Of a stretch of DNA of 64,000 nucleotides, positions 28,500 through 39,057 are shown piece after piece. Made by a program: the position numbers and the translations under genes. The DNA lies in contig CP070751.1 of NCBI GenBank assembly GCA_020348445.1, forward strand, positions 279,672 through 343,671, read 5' to 3'. Origin of the DNA: Thermoplasmata archaeon. GTDB taxonomy: Archaea > Thermoplasmatota > Thermoplasmata > GCA-020350865. The notes below the pieces were generated by a model. The model was not told where the DNA came from. It worked only from the letters and a program-made list of their open reading frames with translations, and did no database searches. Every line of letters starts with the position of its first letter. Within the stretch, counting starts at the first letter, position 1.

Positions 28500-31400
28500 A
28501 TGGAAAAAGTAAGAAAGAAGAGTTTTAATGGCAGATTTAAAAAAGGAATAACCACGGTGTTTATCACCATATTTTTAGTGTCTTCGATGTTTGTACCTTT
28601 GGATATGATGCAGGAAGCAAAAGCACATACAGGAGACAAGATCAGGTCTCCAATGACGACAACGCCACCAACAATAGATGGAAATTTCACTCCTGGGGAA
28701 TGGAACGATGCGGTAATGATCGATCTCACCACAATTCCTGGAAATATGGTGGGCTCATATATGTATGTCATGAACAACGACACTTGTCTTTTCATTCTTT
28801 ACGATGCTTTCGGTGATAATACCAATGATCCCATGGATGGCACGGCTGCGGGATTTGACACCAATCACGATGGAGTAAACGGCCCAAATGATGGTGATGA
28901 TGATTACTTTTACTTTGGCGGCCCCATGGTAGGCGAGGGACATTATGATTATAACATGCTTATTATGGATTGGCAGGAGCATTGCTCTCCGTTTTCAGAT
29001 CCTGGCCTCGCCGCGGCCATGGGATTCAACACAACACCCAACAGTGGCAGCGATCACAGAATATATGAATGGTCAATACCCTTGGATCAACTCGATGCAT
29101 CTCTTGGAGACATTATAGGTTTTGCAGCGGGCTGTCAATTAATGCCAGGCGTTTATGATGCCGATTCAGGCAACTATGACCAGTGGCCAGTGAATCTACC
29201 CCCAATTCCCCTGGATCAATACGGCAATTTAATTATAGGAGGCCCATACAACGTTGACATAAAACCAGAAAAACAGACAAAATATGGCCTTGCAGGGCAG
29301 GAAACCTCATATAAGTTAAGGATAAACAATACCGGAATCAACCCTGACATTTTTGACCTCACATACCTTTCATCTCTAGGGTGGAGTGTAACGTTTTACG
29401 ATGCCAGTTGGAATCCGCTGGTTGATAACGGAGGTGGCCCTGAGGTGGATACTGGATCCGTAGCAGCGAAAACTTCGGTTGTCATCCATGCTAACATCTC
29501 TGTTCCCCTTTTAGCAAATCCTGGTGACATCGATATCACGATAATACAGGGCAATTCATCCGGTGATCCCACTGTTAACGACACCACCAGCTTGAGAACG
29601 CAGGTGGTATACAATATAGACTGGTTCGATGGTTTCGAAGCTGGTTGGGATGCATGGACAGCGCAGGTCATTAGACCGAGTTTCCCCTCTCCAACAATAT
29701 GGGAGATAGGCGATCCCAGTGGAACAGGACCCGGCACAGCTTTCAATTACACCAACTGCTCCGGAACCAATATTAATGATGCTTATTACATGAATGCAGA
29801 CATCTGTTTAATTTCACCCTATGTCCAGCTTGGATCAGGATATCAAATATTATCGTTCTATCAATGGTATTATATGGATACAATGGGTGACGATGGCGGT
29901 TTCGTGGAGATATCAGTAAATGACAATCCCTGGGTACAGATCTGGCCAGATATAGAGTATCCATGGGTTGGTGGATATCTAGGTGGTTATAATACTGATG
30001 GCTACTCGGGAATAAGCAGTGGCTGGGAATATGATGAGTACGATTTAAGCCCATATGCAAACCAGGTCGTACGGGTGAGGTTCCACTTTGCAGCAAGCGA
30101 CTGGCATGGTGGGGACGACGGATGGTATATTGATGATGTTTTTATGGGCAGCCCGCCACCTTACAGACTCGATCTTGAACCAGATTACCAGATAGGAACC
30201 GGCAATGCAGGCACAGATGTGAGTTATGTTCTAACAGTTACAAATAATGGAGCCGACGATGACGCATACGATCTAAGTAGCGGAGGCACATGGGGCGTGA
30301 CCATAAGGGATATAACAGATACATGGGATATTTTCAGCATCTTCGTTGCCAGTGGCAACAGTGCTGACTTCATTGCTAAAGTGACAATACCGGGTTTAGC
30401 TTCTCCCGGAGATTTCGATGTTTCCTCCATCAAAGCCTCTTCCCAGAACGATACCTCAAAGAGTGAAAAGGCTGAGGTTGAAACCAATGTCCCTGAGATA
30501 CCTCCTTGGTTCGATGATATGGAATTTGGGCCTGGATGGTGGAAAAATCAAACAGACGGTGATGGCACTGAATGGCAATTGGGAGACCCCTCACTTGGAG
30601 CATACGGTCCTCCTAAATCCTATTCACCAATTAACTGCTGGGGAACGAACATAGCTTCCAACTACACAATTGGCGGGGAGTGCAATCTTACCACAGCCTA
30701 TATTGACCTTACATGGGCAGCAAATGCAAATCTATCTTTCTGGCACTGGTACGATATAAATGGTTTTTGGACTGATGGTGGATGGGTGGAGGTCAGTGAC
30801 GATTACGGCAGCACCTGGATACCCATCGAACCTTTGGGAGGTTACCCCGACATAAATGATTGGGGAATCCCTTGTTATGCAGGAAGCAGCGTTAAGTGGA
30901 TCAGGGCAGACTTCGACCTCTCTGATTATACAGGTTCCGTGATACAGCTTCGGTTCCACTTCCTAGATGCCGACTGGGACGGTGTGGAGCGTGCGGGATG
31001 GTACGTAGATGACATAATGATATATGCTTCTAAGTACGGAGTCGATATAGAACCTAATTCCTTTGGCTTTGGGGATGCCGGGGATACTGTCGAGTACATC
31101 CTTACCGTGACGAACACAGGTGATTTGGATGATTCGTTTACTCTTTCAGTTTCCGGAAATACTTGGCCCACCACGATATATGATTCTACTGGAACTTTTG
31201 TCATTACCAACACTGGTTTCTTGGGAGCTAATAACAGTATCGACATAATGATAAAGGTCGATATACCGATAGGAGCTAACCCGGGAGACTTCGACATTTC
31301 CAAAATCACGGCAACATCAGACAACGATACTGGGATGTTTGCCAGTGTAAGGCTGGATACTAACTATCCGGTTATGCCACTGTGGTTCGACGATATGGAG

Positions 31401-34400
31401 TCAGGGAAAGGAGGGTGGCGGCCATGGAACAACAATCGAGGCACTTCATGGCAGCTGGGCAATCCTTCTGGTTTTGGACCGGGTTCAGCCTATTCATTGC
31501 CTAACTGCTGGGGCACGAATTTAGTGACCGACTACACAACTTCCGCGGAAGCGACATTAAGAATGCCATATTTGGATCTGAGGCTGGCTCAGGAAGCTAA
31601 TTTGACATTCATGCACTGGTATGATATAAACGGTGTTTGGAATGATGGAGGTTGGGTGGAGGTGAGCCTTGATAATGGCCAAACATGGATGAGGATATAT
31701 CCTGAGGGCGGTTATCCTGATATCGATGGCAATTGGTTTGATGGTTGCTATGCCGGGACAACAGCGGCCTGGACAAAAGCTGAATTCAATCTTACAGCCT
31801 TCGTGGGAAATATCATACTCATTCGTTTCAGGCTCTATGATTACATGTGGGACGGTCCCATGGAGGGAGCCGGCTGGTACATCGACGATGTCAATGTATC
31901 AGCTACTTATCTTGCCTATGGCGTTGACCTGACCCCTGATATAGATTCTATAATCGCCTCTGACGGAACAAGTGTTCTTTATCTTATGACAGCAACCAAC
32001 ATGGGAACCGCAGGTCCAGACACATTCAATCTAAACTACCTGGCTATGCTTGGATGGTCGGCGGCATTCTATGATCTTTCAATGACTCCGATAACATCCG
32101 TAGGTCCCATTGACACCAGCAATTCAATGGATTTCTATGTGAATGTGACCATACCAATAGGAGAATTACCTGGAACCATTGAAAGGACCATAGTGATAGC
32201 AACCTCGCAAAACGATTCATCCTTCCCTCCAGCCGATGACAATTCATTTCTGTTCACACAGGTCCTTGCACCGATACTATTTGTAGATGATGATGGTGGT
32301 ATAGACACAGAGGCCAATTTCACTACAGCCTTAGATGATGGAGGTTATAGTTATAATGTGTGGAATTACCAGGTACTTGGCGAATTGAGTTTAAGTGATC
32401 TTCAACAACATGAAGTTATTATATGGGGAACTGGGAACACAGAAGATGATTTGACAGAGGGAACACTTACACCCACAGACAGGATGAACCTCGGTAATTA
32501 TTTGGATGGCGGTGGTCGCCTTTATCTCTCAAGTAGCCTTGCAGGTGCGGACGCAGTAAACTATTGGAGTGGAACCGATTTCTGGTTGTCATGGTACCAG
32601 ACCTATCTGCACTCCGACTTTGTTGATATTTTTGGAGGCCCCTCTACCATTAATGGAGTAACTTCGGATCCCATTAGCGATGGATTGAATTACAACCTCT
32701 ACCAAGGAGATTACAATCCAAACCTCATGCAGGTTTGGACTCACCACAACCCCGTAAATGATGGAATAACGTTTTTCACTGAACCCTGGCCTTCGAATGT
32801 TGCTACAAGAGCCGATACCGGGACCAACAGGGTCGTCTATACTGGATTCGATTTCTCTGCAGTTGACGGGGTCGCAAACAGGGCAACTTTAATGGACAGG
32901 ATTCTCAAGTGGTTGCTTTTCGGTGACTTGCCCTATGTAATCGAGACCGATCCCACCCATGGAGCCAGCGGAATTGTAGTTGATCAAGATGTGGTTGTAA
33001 TCTACTCCGAGAGTATGAACACGAGTGTGGAACCAACGTTATCGCAGGTTGGAGGCCCTGATCCAGGTGGATGGACGTTCTCGGGATGGTCCACAACCTA
33101 CATTACAGACGACACGGCTACCTGGACCCACAACAGCTGGTCACCCAGCCAGACTGTCAATATGAGCGTTTCAGGCGGCGAAGACTTAGAGGGGAATTCA
33201 GCATCTGAATATCTGTTCAACTTCACTATTGTCGCATCAGCTGATCCGTGGGCTTTTGCCACAGGACCCACATCAACTGGAACGAACGCGACTTTGCCGC
33301 AAATAACATACAATTTCGGTAACAGTCCCACGAACGTGCAGATATATTGGAGCAATGATGGCGGCAGCACCTGGAACATGTGGGGTTCAGATAATTCCGT
33401 GGACGGTTCATGGACCCCAGGCAGTCCATTATCAACGTCAGGTACATACTATTGGTCAGCCAGGGCAATGGGTGGTTCAAGCGAACCTCCACCTAGTGGG
33501 CCTGGAGACATCGAGGCAGGCCCATACGTTCTTGATATCGATGCACCCACGATATTTTCCACAGATCCTGTAGATGGGGCAACAGATGTGAGCACTGCCG
33601 CAGGGACTTATGTTATCGAATTCAGTGAGCCCATGAGTTTGACAGGTACAGATCCACTTTCAAATCTTCCGGGTATAATGTGGACCTGGGATTCTTCAGG
33701 TCTCTGGCTCAATGGAACATATACTGTTCTTTCATCAAGTACAACTTATTACGTGAACCTAACAGACCGGGGATTCATAGATGCAGCGGGCAACCATCTA
33801 ACAGGGGACATGTACAAGAATTTCACAACCATGTCAGTTCCCTGGGCCACTGCAACTGGTCCCACATCCTCAGGCACCAATGTTTCAACCCCCACGATCA
33901 CATATGATCAAACCGACGGTCCCACGAGTGTGGAGATATACTGGAGTGATAATGGAGGCACCACTTGGAACCTGTGGGGTACCGACTCAAGTGTAGACGG
34001 CTCCTGGTCACCAGGCAGTCCATTACCCGCCTCTGGAACATACTATTGGAGTGCGAGAGCAATAGGCCCTCCAAGTGAATCGGTTCCAATTGATTTCGGA
34101 GATATCGAGGCTGGCACTTATGTTCTTGATATAGATTCGCCCACGATTATTTCCACAACTCCTTTGGATGAGGCAACAGGTGTAAGTACTGCAGCAGGAA
34201 CTTATATTATCGAATTCATTGAACCCATGGCCTTGACTGGAACAGACCCACTTTCGGATCTTCCGGGAGTCTCTTGGAGCTGGGATCCCTTGGGCCTATG
34301 GCTTAACGGGACATATACTGCTCTTTCTCCCGGTACAACCTACTATGTCAATCTTACGGACCTAGGATTTACTGATGCGTATGGTAATCACCTTACAGGT

Positions 34401-37400
34401 GATATGTACAAGAATTTCACAACCACCTCTGATCCTTGGGCAACTGCAACAGGTCCCACATCCTCAGGCACCAATGATACCACCCCCACCATTACTTACG
34501 ATCAAGGCAACGGCCCGACGAGTGTAGAGATATACTGGAGTGATGATGGCGGTGCGTCTTGGAATCTGTGGGGTACCGACACAAGCGTTGACGGCTCTTG
34601 GACACCAGGCAGCCCATTACCTGCCTCCGGAACGTACTACTGGAGTGCAAGAGCAATAGGTATTCCAAATGAAACGATTCCAAGTGGTGTAGGGGATATC
34701 GAGGCAGACTTTTATGTTCTTGATATAGATGGACCGACGACATTCTCTACGACACCAGCAGATGGGGCAACAGGTGTTGACATCGCCGCGGGAACGTACG
34801 TTATCCAATTTAGCGAGCCAATGACCCTGGTGGGTACGCCTGATACCAATTTATCCATCATATCATGGATTTGGGATCCATCAGGTCTCTGGCTCAACGG
34901 GACTTATACAGGACTCATCTCTGGTGCGACATACTATGTCAATTTAACAGATTTAGGATTTACAGATGCGTATGGTAACCACCTCACAGGTGATATGTAC
35001 AAGAATTTCACAACAGCGGTAGGTGTCACAACTGCCAATGCAACAGGCCCCATAGGAGGCCCAACAAATGTCGCGGCAATCACGATTATCTACACCACAG
35101 CAGGAGGTCCGGCGACAGTGGATCTTTACTACACAATGAACACAACCGGACCATACATCTGGACATTAATCGGTACCGATATTTCAGTTGATGGCAATTT
35201 TGATTGGACAATACCAGCAGATGGATCATATGGTTGGCTCGCTGTCTCACCAGACGAGCCGGCGCCTACATCTTCTGATGCACCCGAGGCCTTCTGGTAC
35301 ATTTACGACGGCACACCACCTGAGGTCGTTAGCACTGATCCCGTAAACATGACAACTTCGATTTCAGTAGGCCAAGATATTGTGATCACCTTCAACGAGA
35401 CAATGAACAACGTTACCTTCACTTACACCATAGAGCCGAGCATAACAGGGCTCTTAGAAGTGTGGAGCGGCGGCAATACTATTTTAACTATCTCCCATGA
35501 TGACTTCCCAACAGGAACAAGAATCTGGGTGAACATATCAGTAGCAACCGACCTTGCAGGCAATAATTTGAGACCACGGCCGTACTGGTTCTACTTTGAC
35601 ACAGACAATTCTGCCACTGTGACAGGTCCAATCACAGTCACCCCAACAAATGATGACACGGTAACTATCACATACACTACTACAGGCAATCCGATCAGTG
35701 TTGATCTCTATTACACAACAAATTTGACTGCACCATATACCTGGACATTCATGGGCACCGATGACACCCCTGAAAATGGCTTTGGATGGCTCTTAGCTGT
35801 GGATGGCTCTTATGGTTGGTTTGCAAATTCCACTGATGAACTTCCACCCACATCAACAGATGCTCCAGAGGCATCGTACTACATCTATGATGGCACACCA
35901 CCTGAGGTGGAAAGTACAATCCCTGCAAACAAATCCACTGGTGTTCCAATTAACCAGGATATCGTGATTACATTTAACGAGACCATGGATATAGTCACTT
36001 TTACATACCAAATTGAACCAACTGTTACGGGCCTTATAGACACATGGAGTGCATTAAACTCGATTTTGACAATCTCTCATGATGACTTTGCACTTGATAC
36101 CAGGTATTGGGTGAACATTACATATGCTAGGGACTTGGCTGGTAACTTTCTAGACCCATATCCCTTACCCTACTCCATCTACTTCGATACTGCAACAACA
36201 GGGGCAGAGGCAACTGGTCCTGTAGGCGGCCCAACCAATGTATCTGATATCACGATCACCTACAATACAATTGGGGGACCTTCGAGAGTCTACCTTTGGT
36301 ACACCACAAATACAACTGCACCCTACACATGGATCCATTTTGCTACTGATGATCCTGCAGATGGCAGTTATGATTGGACAATTACAAGCGATGGATATTA
36401 CGGCTGGTTAGCAAATTCCACTGATGAACTTCCACCCACATCAACAGATGCACCTGAAAGTTCTTGGTACATATATGATGGTACACCACCTGCTGTTAAC
36501 AGCACAAACCCCGTCAATGCCACTATTGATGTTTTAACAACCCAGGACATCGTGATCACCTTCAATGAGACAATAAACAATGTTACATTCACTTACACAA
36601 TTGAACCATCTATTACTGTTCTCTCAGAGGTATGGAACAATGATGATAAAAATCTAACAATAACCCACGACGGCTTTGTAATTGCAACAAGATATTGGGT
36701 GAACATCACAGCGGCCATGGATTTGGCAGGAAACAATATGGTACCGTATTCATTCTACTTCGACACCACAACAACAGATATCGTTCCTCCCACAGTAATG
36801 ACAGGAACACCAACAGGCTCAAGCGTTCTCATCACCTCAAATATCGTAATCACATTTGACGAGGCCATGAACACTACATCTGTCAATAACGCATTCAGCT
36901 TCAATGATGGCATAACAACATGGGACATATCAGATGGGATGGTCAGTTGGAACGTTGCAAACACCATTATGACGTTCAATCCCACTGTGGACTTCGGCTA
37001 TTACACTCAATTCAATGTAACGATCGACGGAAGTATTGCAAAGGATGAGGCTGGCAACACCCTTGACGGTAATGACAACGGCACCTCGGAAGGCTCACCC
37101 ATCGACGATTATACATGGCAGTTCACAACCGAGTCGGCACCACCTCCTGATACAACGCCGCCCACTTCATCTGTTTCTGCCCTGCCCACCTACCATACTT
37201 CACTGAGCTTTTCGGTGAGCTACACAGCAACCGATACTCAAAACAACGTAATGGAGGTCGAACTATGGTTCAAGAAGGATAGCGGTGAATGGAATCTATA
37301 TAACACATACAGTGGAGGCTCAAATACAGTTACATTTACCGCAGATTCTGATGGAGTGTATTATTTCTATACAAGAGCAAGAGACGATGTCGTTCCTTCA

Positions 37401-38729
37401 AACTACGAGACTGAACCATCCTCTGAAGATGCTTTCACAACCGTGGACACCACCTTACCAACCGTCGATTCCGGCTCTGATACCATTGGAAATTCACAGT
37501 TCACCCGGGATGCAACTGCAAGCGACGCAGGCTCAGGCATAGCAACATATTCCTGGACAATGGTTTCCGGCCCTGGGACAATAACTTTCGGCACTCCCTC
37601 TGCTGAAGACACTACAATTAGTGCAGACACGGACGGCACATATGTTATCAGGCTTACTGTCACCGACAATGCTGGCCACAGCGCGTCCGATGAATTCACT
37701 CTTGACTGGGATGCCACACCACCTACAGTGTCAAGCAAAACTCCAACTGGAACGAACATATCAATTACTTCACTGATCTCAATTACTTTCAGTGAGACTG
37801 TGATTGAAACATCAGTTGAGAACGCCTTTACCTTTACAGATGGAACCACAACATGGTCAATTCTCAACGGCTCAGCAACTTGGGCTGACAGCACCATGAC
37901 CTTTGATCCTGATTTTGATCTAAGTCACGGAACCGCGTACACCGTTAACATCGGTTCTGGTGTCATTGACACATCAGGAAACACCATGACACCTTATCAC
38001 TGGACGTTTTCAACAGCAGAAGCCGTGGATACAACTGCACCCACTGTGGCAATTGTGAATCCCGTTGATGGGGCTGTAATTGACGTGACAAAAACGATCA
38101 TTATCACATTCAGTGAGGCAATGAATAAATCCTCGGTTGAGGCTGCGATCTCCATTTCCCCAGATGCGACTATCTCGGACTTTAGCTGGGAGGGCAACAC
38201 CTTGACCATAACCCTTGAATCTGATTTGGAGGCAGGCAAGGACTACACAGTGACAATTGGAACAGGTGCAAAGGATGCAGCAGGAAATGCTCTTGAAGAA
38301 CCTTATACCTGGCAGTTCACCACAGAGAAAGCGGGTGAGAAAGAGCCTGAGGAAGATACGTCATGGTTATTCATACTCCTCATCGTGATAGTGATCATAG
38401 TGATATTGCTGCTTCTATTCCTCATGAAGAAGAAAAAGCCAGAGGAAGAAGAAAGGCCGCCTGAAGGACTGGGCGAAGGAGCAGTGGAGGAAGAGATGCC
38501 AGAGGAAACTCCTGAAGGGGAAGGTGCAGAGGTGGAAGGAGAAGAAGGGCCAGAAGGGATAGAAGGTGTAGAAGAGGCAAAAGGGACAGAAGAAGGGCCA
38601 AAAGAAACTCCCGAAGGAGAAGGTGAAGCAGTAGAAAAAGCACCAGAGGAATTATCAGAAGAAACAGGTGAGAAGGAAGGCGAAGCTCCCAAGTCTTCTG
38701 AGGAAAAAAAGGAGCCTGAGGAGATATAG
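28500..38729 (+). CDS. Giant (3409 aa) secreted, membrane-anchored surface protein with repeated jelly-roll and Ig-like domains
   Basis: AGGAGG SD and signal peptide (…QEAKA). Three WYIDD-ending jelly-roll domains alternate with Ig domains. Many Big_5-like 'P.V.ST.P...ITF.E.M' repeats. TM at ~38360-38425, then a Glu-rich tail. Confidence 0.9.
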   Translation: MEKVRKKSFNGRFKKGITTVFITIFLVSSMFVPLDMMQEAKAHTGDKIRSPMTTTPPTIDGNFTPGEWNDAVMIDLTTIPGNMVGSYMYVMNNDTCLFILYDAFGDNTNDPMDGTAAGFDTNHDGVNGPNDGDDDYFYFGGPMVGEGHYDYNMLIMDWQEHCSPFSDPGLAAAMGFNTTPNSGSDHRIYEWSIPLDQLDASLGDIIGFAAGCQLMPGVYDADSGNYDQWPVNLPPIPLDQYGNLIIGGPYNVDIKPEKQTKYGLAGQETSYKLRINNTGINPDIFDLTYLSSLGWSVTFYDASWNPLVDNGGGPEVDTGSVAAKTSVVIHANISVPLLANPGDIDITIIQGNSSGDPTVNDTTSLRTQVVYNIDWFDGFEAGWDAWTAQVIRPSFPSPTIWEIGDPSGTGPGTAFNYTNCSGTNINDAYYMNADICLISPYVQLGSGYQILSFYQWYYMDTMGDDGGFVEISVNDNPWVQIWPDIEYPWVGGYLGGYNTDGYSGISSGWEYDEYDLSPYANQVVRVRFHFAASDWHGGDDGWYIDDVFMGSPPPYRLDLEPDYQIGTGNAGTDVSYVLTVTNNGADDDAYDLSSGGTWGVTIRDITDTWDIFSIFVASGNSADFIAKVTIPGLASPGDFDVSSIKASSQNDTSKSEKAEVETNVPEIPPWFDDMEFGPGWWKNQTDGDGTEWQLGDPSLGAYGPPKSYSPINCWGTNIASNYTIGGECNLTTAYIDLTWAANANLSFWHWYDINGFWTDGGWVEVSDDYGSTWIPIEPLGGYPDINDWGIPCYAGSSVKWIRADFDLSDYTGSVIQLRFHFLDADWDGVERAGWYVDDIMIYASKYGVDIEPNSFGFGDAGDTVEYILTVTNTGDLDDSFTLSVSGNTWPTTIYDSTGTFVITNTGFLGANNSIDIMIKVDIPIGANPGDFDISKITATSDNDTGMFASVRLDTNYPVMPLWFDDMESGKGGWRPWNNNRGTSWQLGNPSGFGPGSAYSLPNCWGTNLVTDYTTSAEATLRMPYLDLRLAQEANLTFMHWYDINGVWNDGGWVEVSLDNGQTWMRIYPEGGYPDIDGNWFDGCYAGTTAAWTKAEFNLTAFVGNIILIRFRLYDYMWDGPMEGAGWYIDDVNVSATYLAYGVDLTPDIDSIIASDGTSVLYLMTATNMGTAGPDTFNLNYLAMLGWSAAFYDLSMTPITSVGPIDTSNSMDFYVNVTIPIGELPGTIERTIVIATSQNDSSFPPADDNSFLFTQVLAPILFVDDDGGIDTEANFTTALDDGGYSYNVWNYQVLGELSLSDLQQHEVIIWGTGNTEDDLTEGTLTPTDRMNLGNYLDGGGRLYLSSSLAGADAVNYWSGTDFWLSWYQTYLHSDFVDIFGGPSTINGVTSDPISDGLNYNLYQGDYNPNLMQVWTHHNPVNDGITFFTEPWPSNVATRADTGTNRVVYTGFDFSAVDGVANRATLMDRILKWLLFGDLPYVIETDPTHGASGIVVDQDVVVIYSESMNTSVEPTLSQVGGPDPGGWTFSGWSTTYITDDTATWTHNSWSPSQTVNMSVSGGEDLEGNSASEYLFNFTIVASADPWAFATGPTSTGTNATLPQITYNFGNSPTNVQIYWSNDGGSTWNMWGSDNSVDGSWTPGSPLSTSGTYYWSARAMGGSSEPPPSGPGDIEAGPYVLDIDAPTIFSTDPVDGATDVSTAAGTYVIEFSEPMSLTGTDPLSNLPGIMWTWDSSGLWLNGTYTVLSSSTTYYVNLTDRGFIDAAGNHLTGDMYKNFTTMSVPWATATGPTSSGTNVSTPTITYDQTDGPTSVEIYWSDNGGTTWNLWGTDSSVDGSWSPGSPLPASGTYYWSARAIGPPSESVPIDFGDIEAGTYVLDIDSPTIISTTPLDEATGVSTAAGTYIIEFIEPMALTGTDPLSDLPGVSWSWDPLGLWLNGTYTALSPGTTYYVNLTDLGFTDAYGNHLTGDMYKNFTTTSDPWATATGPTSSGTNDTTPTITYDQGNGPTSVEIYWSDDGGASWNLWGTDTSVDGSWTPGSPLPASGTYYWSARAIGIPNETIPSGVGDIEADFYVLDIDGPTTFSTTPADGATGVDIAAGTYVIQFSEPMTLVGTPDTNLSIISWIWDPSGLWLNGTYTGLISGATYYVNLTDLGFTDAYGNHLTGDMYKNFTTAVGVTTANATGPIGGPTNVAAITIIYTTAGGPATVDLYYTMNTTGPYIWTLIGTDISVDGNFDWTIPADGSYGWLAVSPDEPAPTSSDAPEAFWYIYDGTPPEVVSTDPVNMTTSISVGQDIVITFNETMNNVTFTYTIEPSITGLLEVWSGGNTILTISHDDFPTGTRIWVNISVATDLAGNNLRPRPYWFYFDTDNSATVTGPITVTPTNDDTVTITYTTTGNPISVDLYYTTNLTAPYTWTFMGTDDTPENGFGWLLAVDGSYGWFANSTDELPPTSTDAPEASYYIYDGTPPEVESTIPANKSTGVPINQDIVITFNETMDIVTFTYQIEPTVTGLIDTWSALNSILTISHDDFALDTRYWVNITYARDLAGNFLDPYPLPYSIYFDTATTGAEATGPVGGPTNVSDITITYNTIGGPSRVYLWYTTNTTAPYTWIHFATDDPADGSYDWTITSDGYYGWLANSTDELPPTSTDAPESSWYIYDGTPPAVNSTNPVNATIDVLTTQDIVITFNETINNVTFTYTIEPSITVLSEVWNNDDKNLTITHDGFVIATRYWVNITAAMDLAGNNMVPYSFYFDTTTTDIVPPTVMTGTPTGSSVLITSNIVITFDEAMNTTSVNNAFSFNDGITTWDISDGMVSWNVANTIMTFNPTVDFGYYTQFNVTIDGSIAKDEAGNTLDGNDNGTSEGSPIDDYTWQFTTESAPPPDTTPPTSSVSALPTYHTSLSFSVSYTATDTQNNVMEVELWFKKDSGEWNLYNTYSGGSNTVTFTADSDGVYYFYTRARDDVVPSNYETEPSSEDAFTTVDTTLPTVDSGSDTIGNSQFTRDATASDAGSGIATYSWTMVSGPGTITFGTPSAEDTTISADTDGTYVIRLTVTDNAGHSASDEFTLDWDATPPTVSSKTPTGTNISITSLISITFSETVIETSVENAFTFTDGTTTWSILNGSATWADSTMTFDPDFDLSHGTAYTVNIGSGVIDTSGNTMTPYHWTFSTAEAVDTTAPTVAIVNPVDGAVIDVTKTIIITFSEAMNKSSVEAAISISPDATISDFSWEGNTLTITLESDLEAGKDYTVTIGTGAKDAAGNALEEPYTWQFTTEKAGEKEPEEDTSWLFILLIVIVIIVILLLLFLMKKKKPEEEERPPEGLGEGAVEEEMPEETPEGEGAEVEGEEGPEGIEGVEEAKGTEEGPKETPEGEGEAVEKAPEELSEETGEKEGEAPKSSEEKKEPEEI
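33240..36770 (+). repeat. Six tandem ~195-200-codon units inside the giant gene (two subtypes of three)
   Basis: Units begin at ~33240, 33840, 34435 (PWA.ATGPTS.GTN) and ~35035, 35615, 36205 (A..TGP....TN). A 41-bp identical stretch is seen at 35823 and 36411. Confidence 0.85.
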
Positions 38730-38974
38730 GATTTGTTTGGTAAGGAACCTACTTGAAAGTCATTTAAATTAGCCATGCCTATTCAAATCATCATTGGTTA
38801 TCCTCCATGACAATATAGGCTAAACGCATTTTGGCAATTTGGTTATGTTTCCTTTTGCATAAAAAAAATCGGTGAAATGCAATAAAAATCCACAAAAAAA
38901 CCTCTAAAACCCCATTTTGCGGTCAATTTATGGCGATAATCTCAGAATCCAAAAAAATGCCCTAACAAAAAAAC

Positions 38975-39027
38975 ATAAATATATCTACTTGCATCCTATG
39001 GGAAAGGTCGTGGGGTCTACGGCCTTT
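38975..39027 (+). promoter_or_regulatory. Putative TATA box plus 5'-leader hairpin of the S-layer-like gene
   Basis: ATAAATATA at ~38975. Hairpin AAAGGTCGTGG-GGT-CTACGGCCTTT at 39003-39027. AAGGAGGA SD before ATG 39058. Confidence 0.45.
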
Positions 39028-39057
39028 AATACTAAAAAAATTAAGGAGGATTTTGAT

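Noticed and set aside
38303-38776. Ser/Pro-rich and Leu-rich minus-strand ORFs
   Set aside because: Mirror translation of the GAA/GAG-rich acidic tail of the giant protein.
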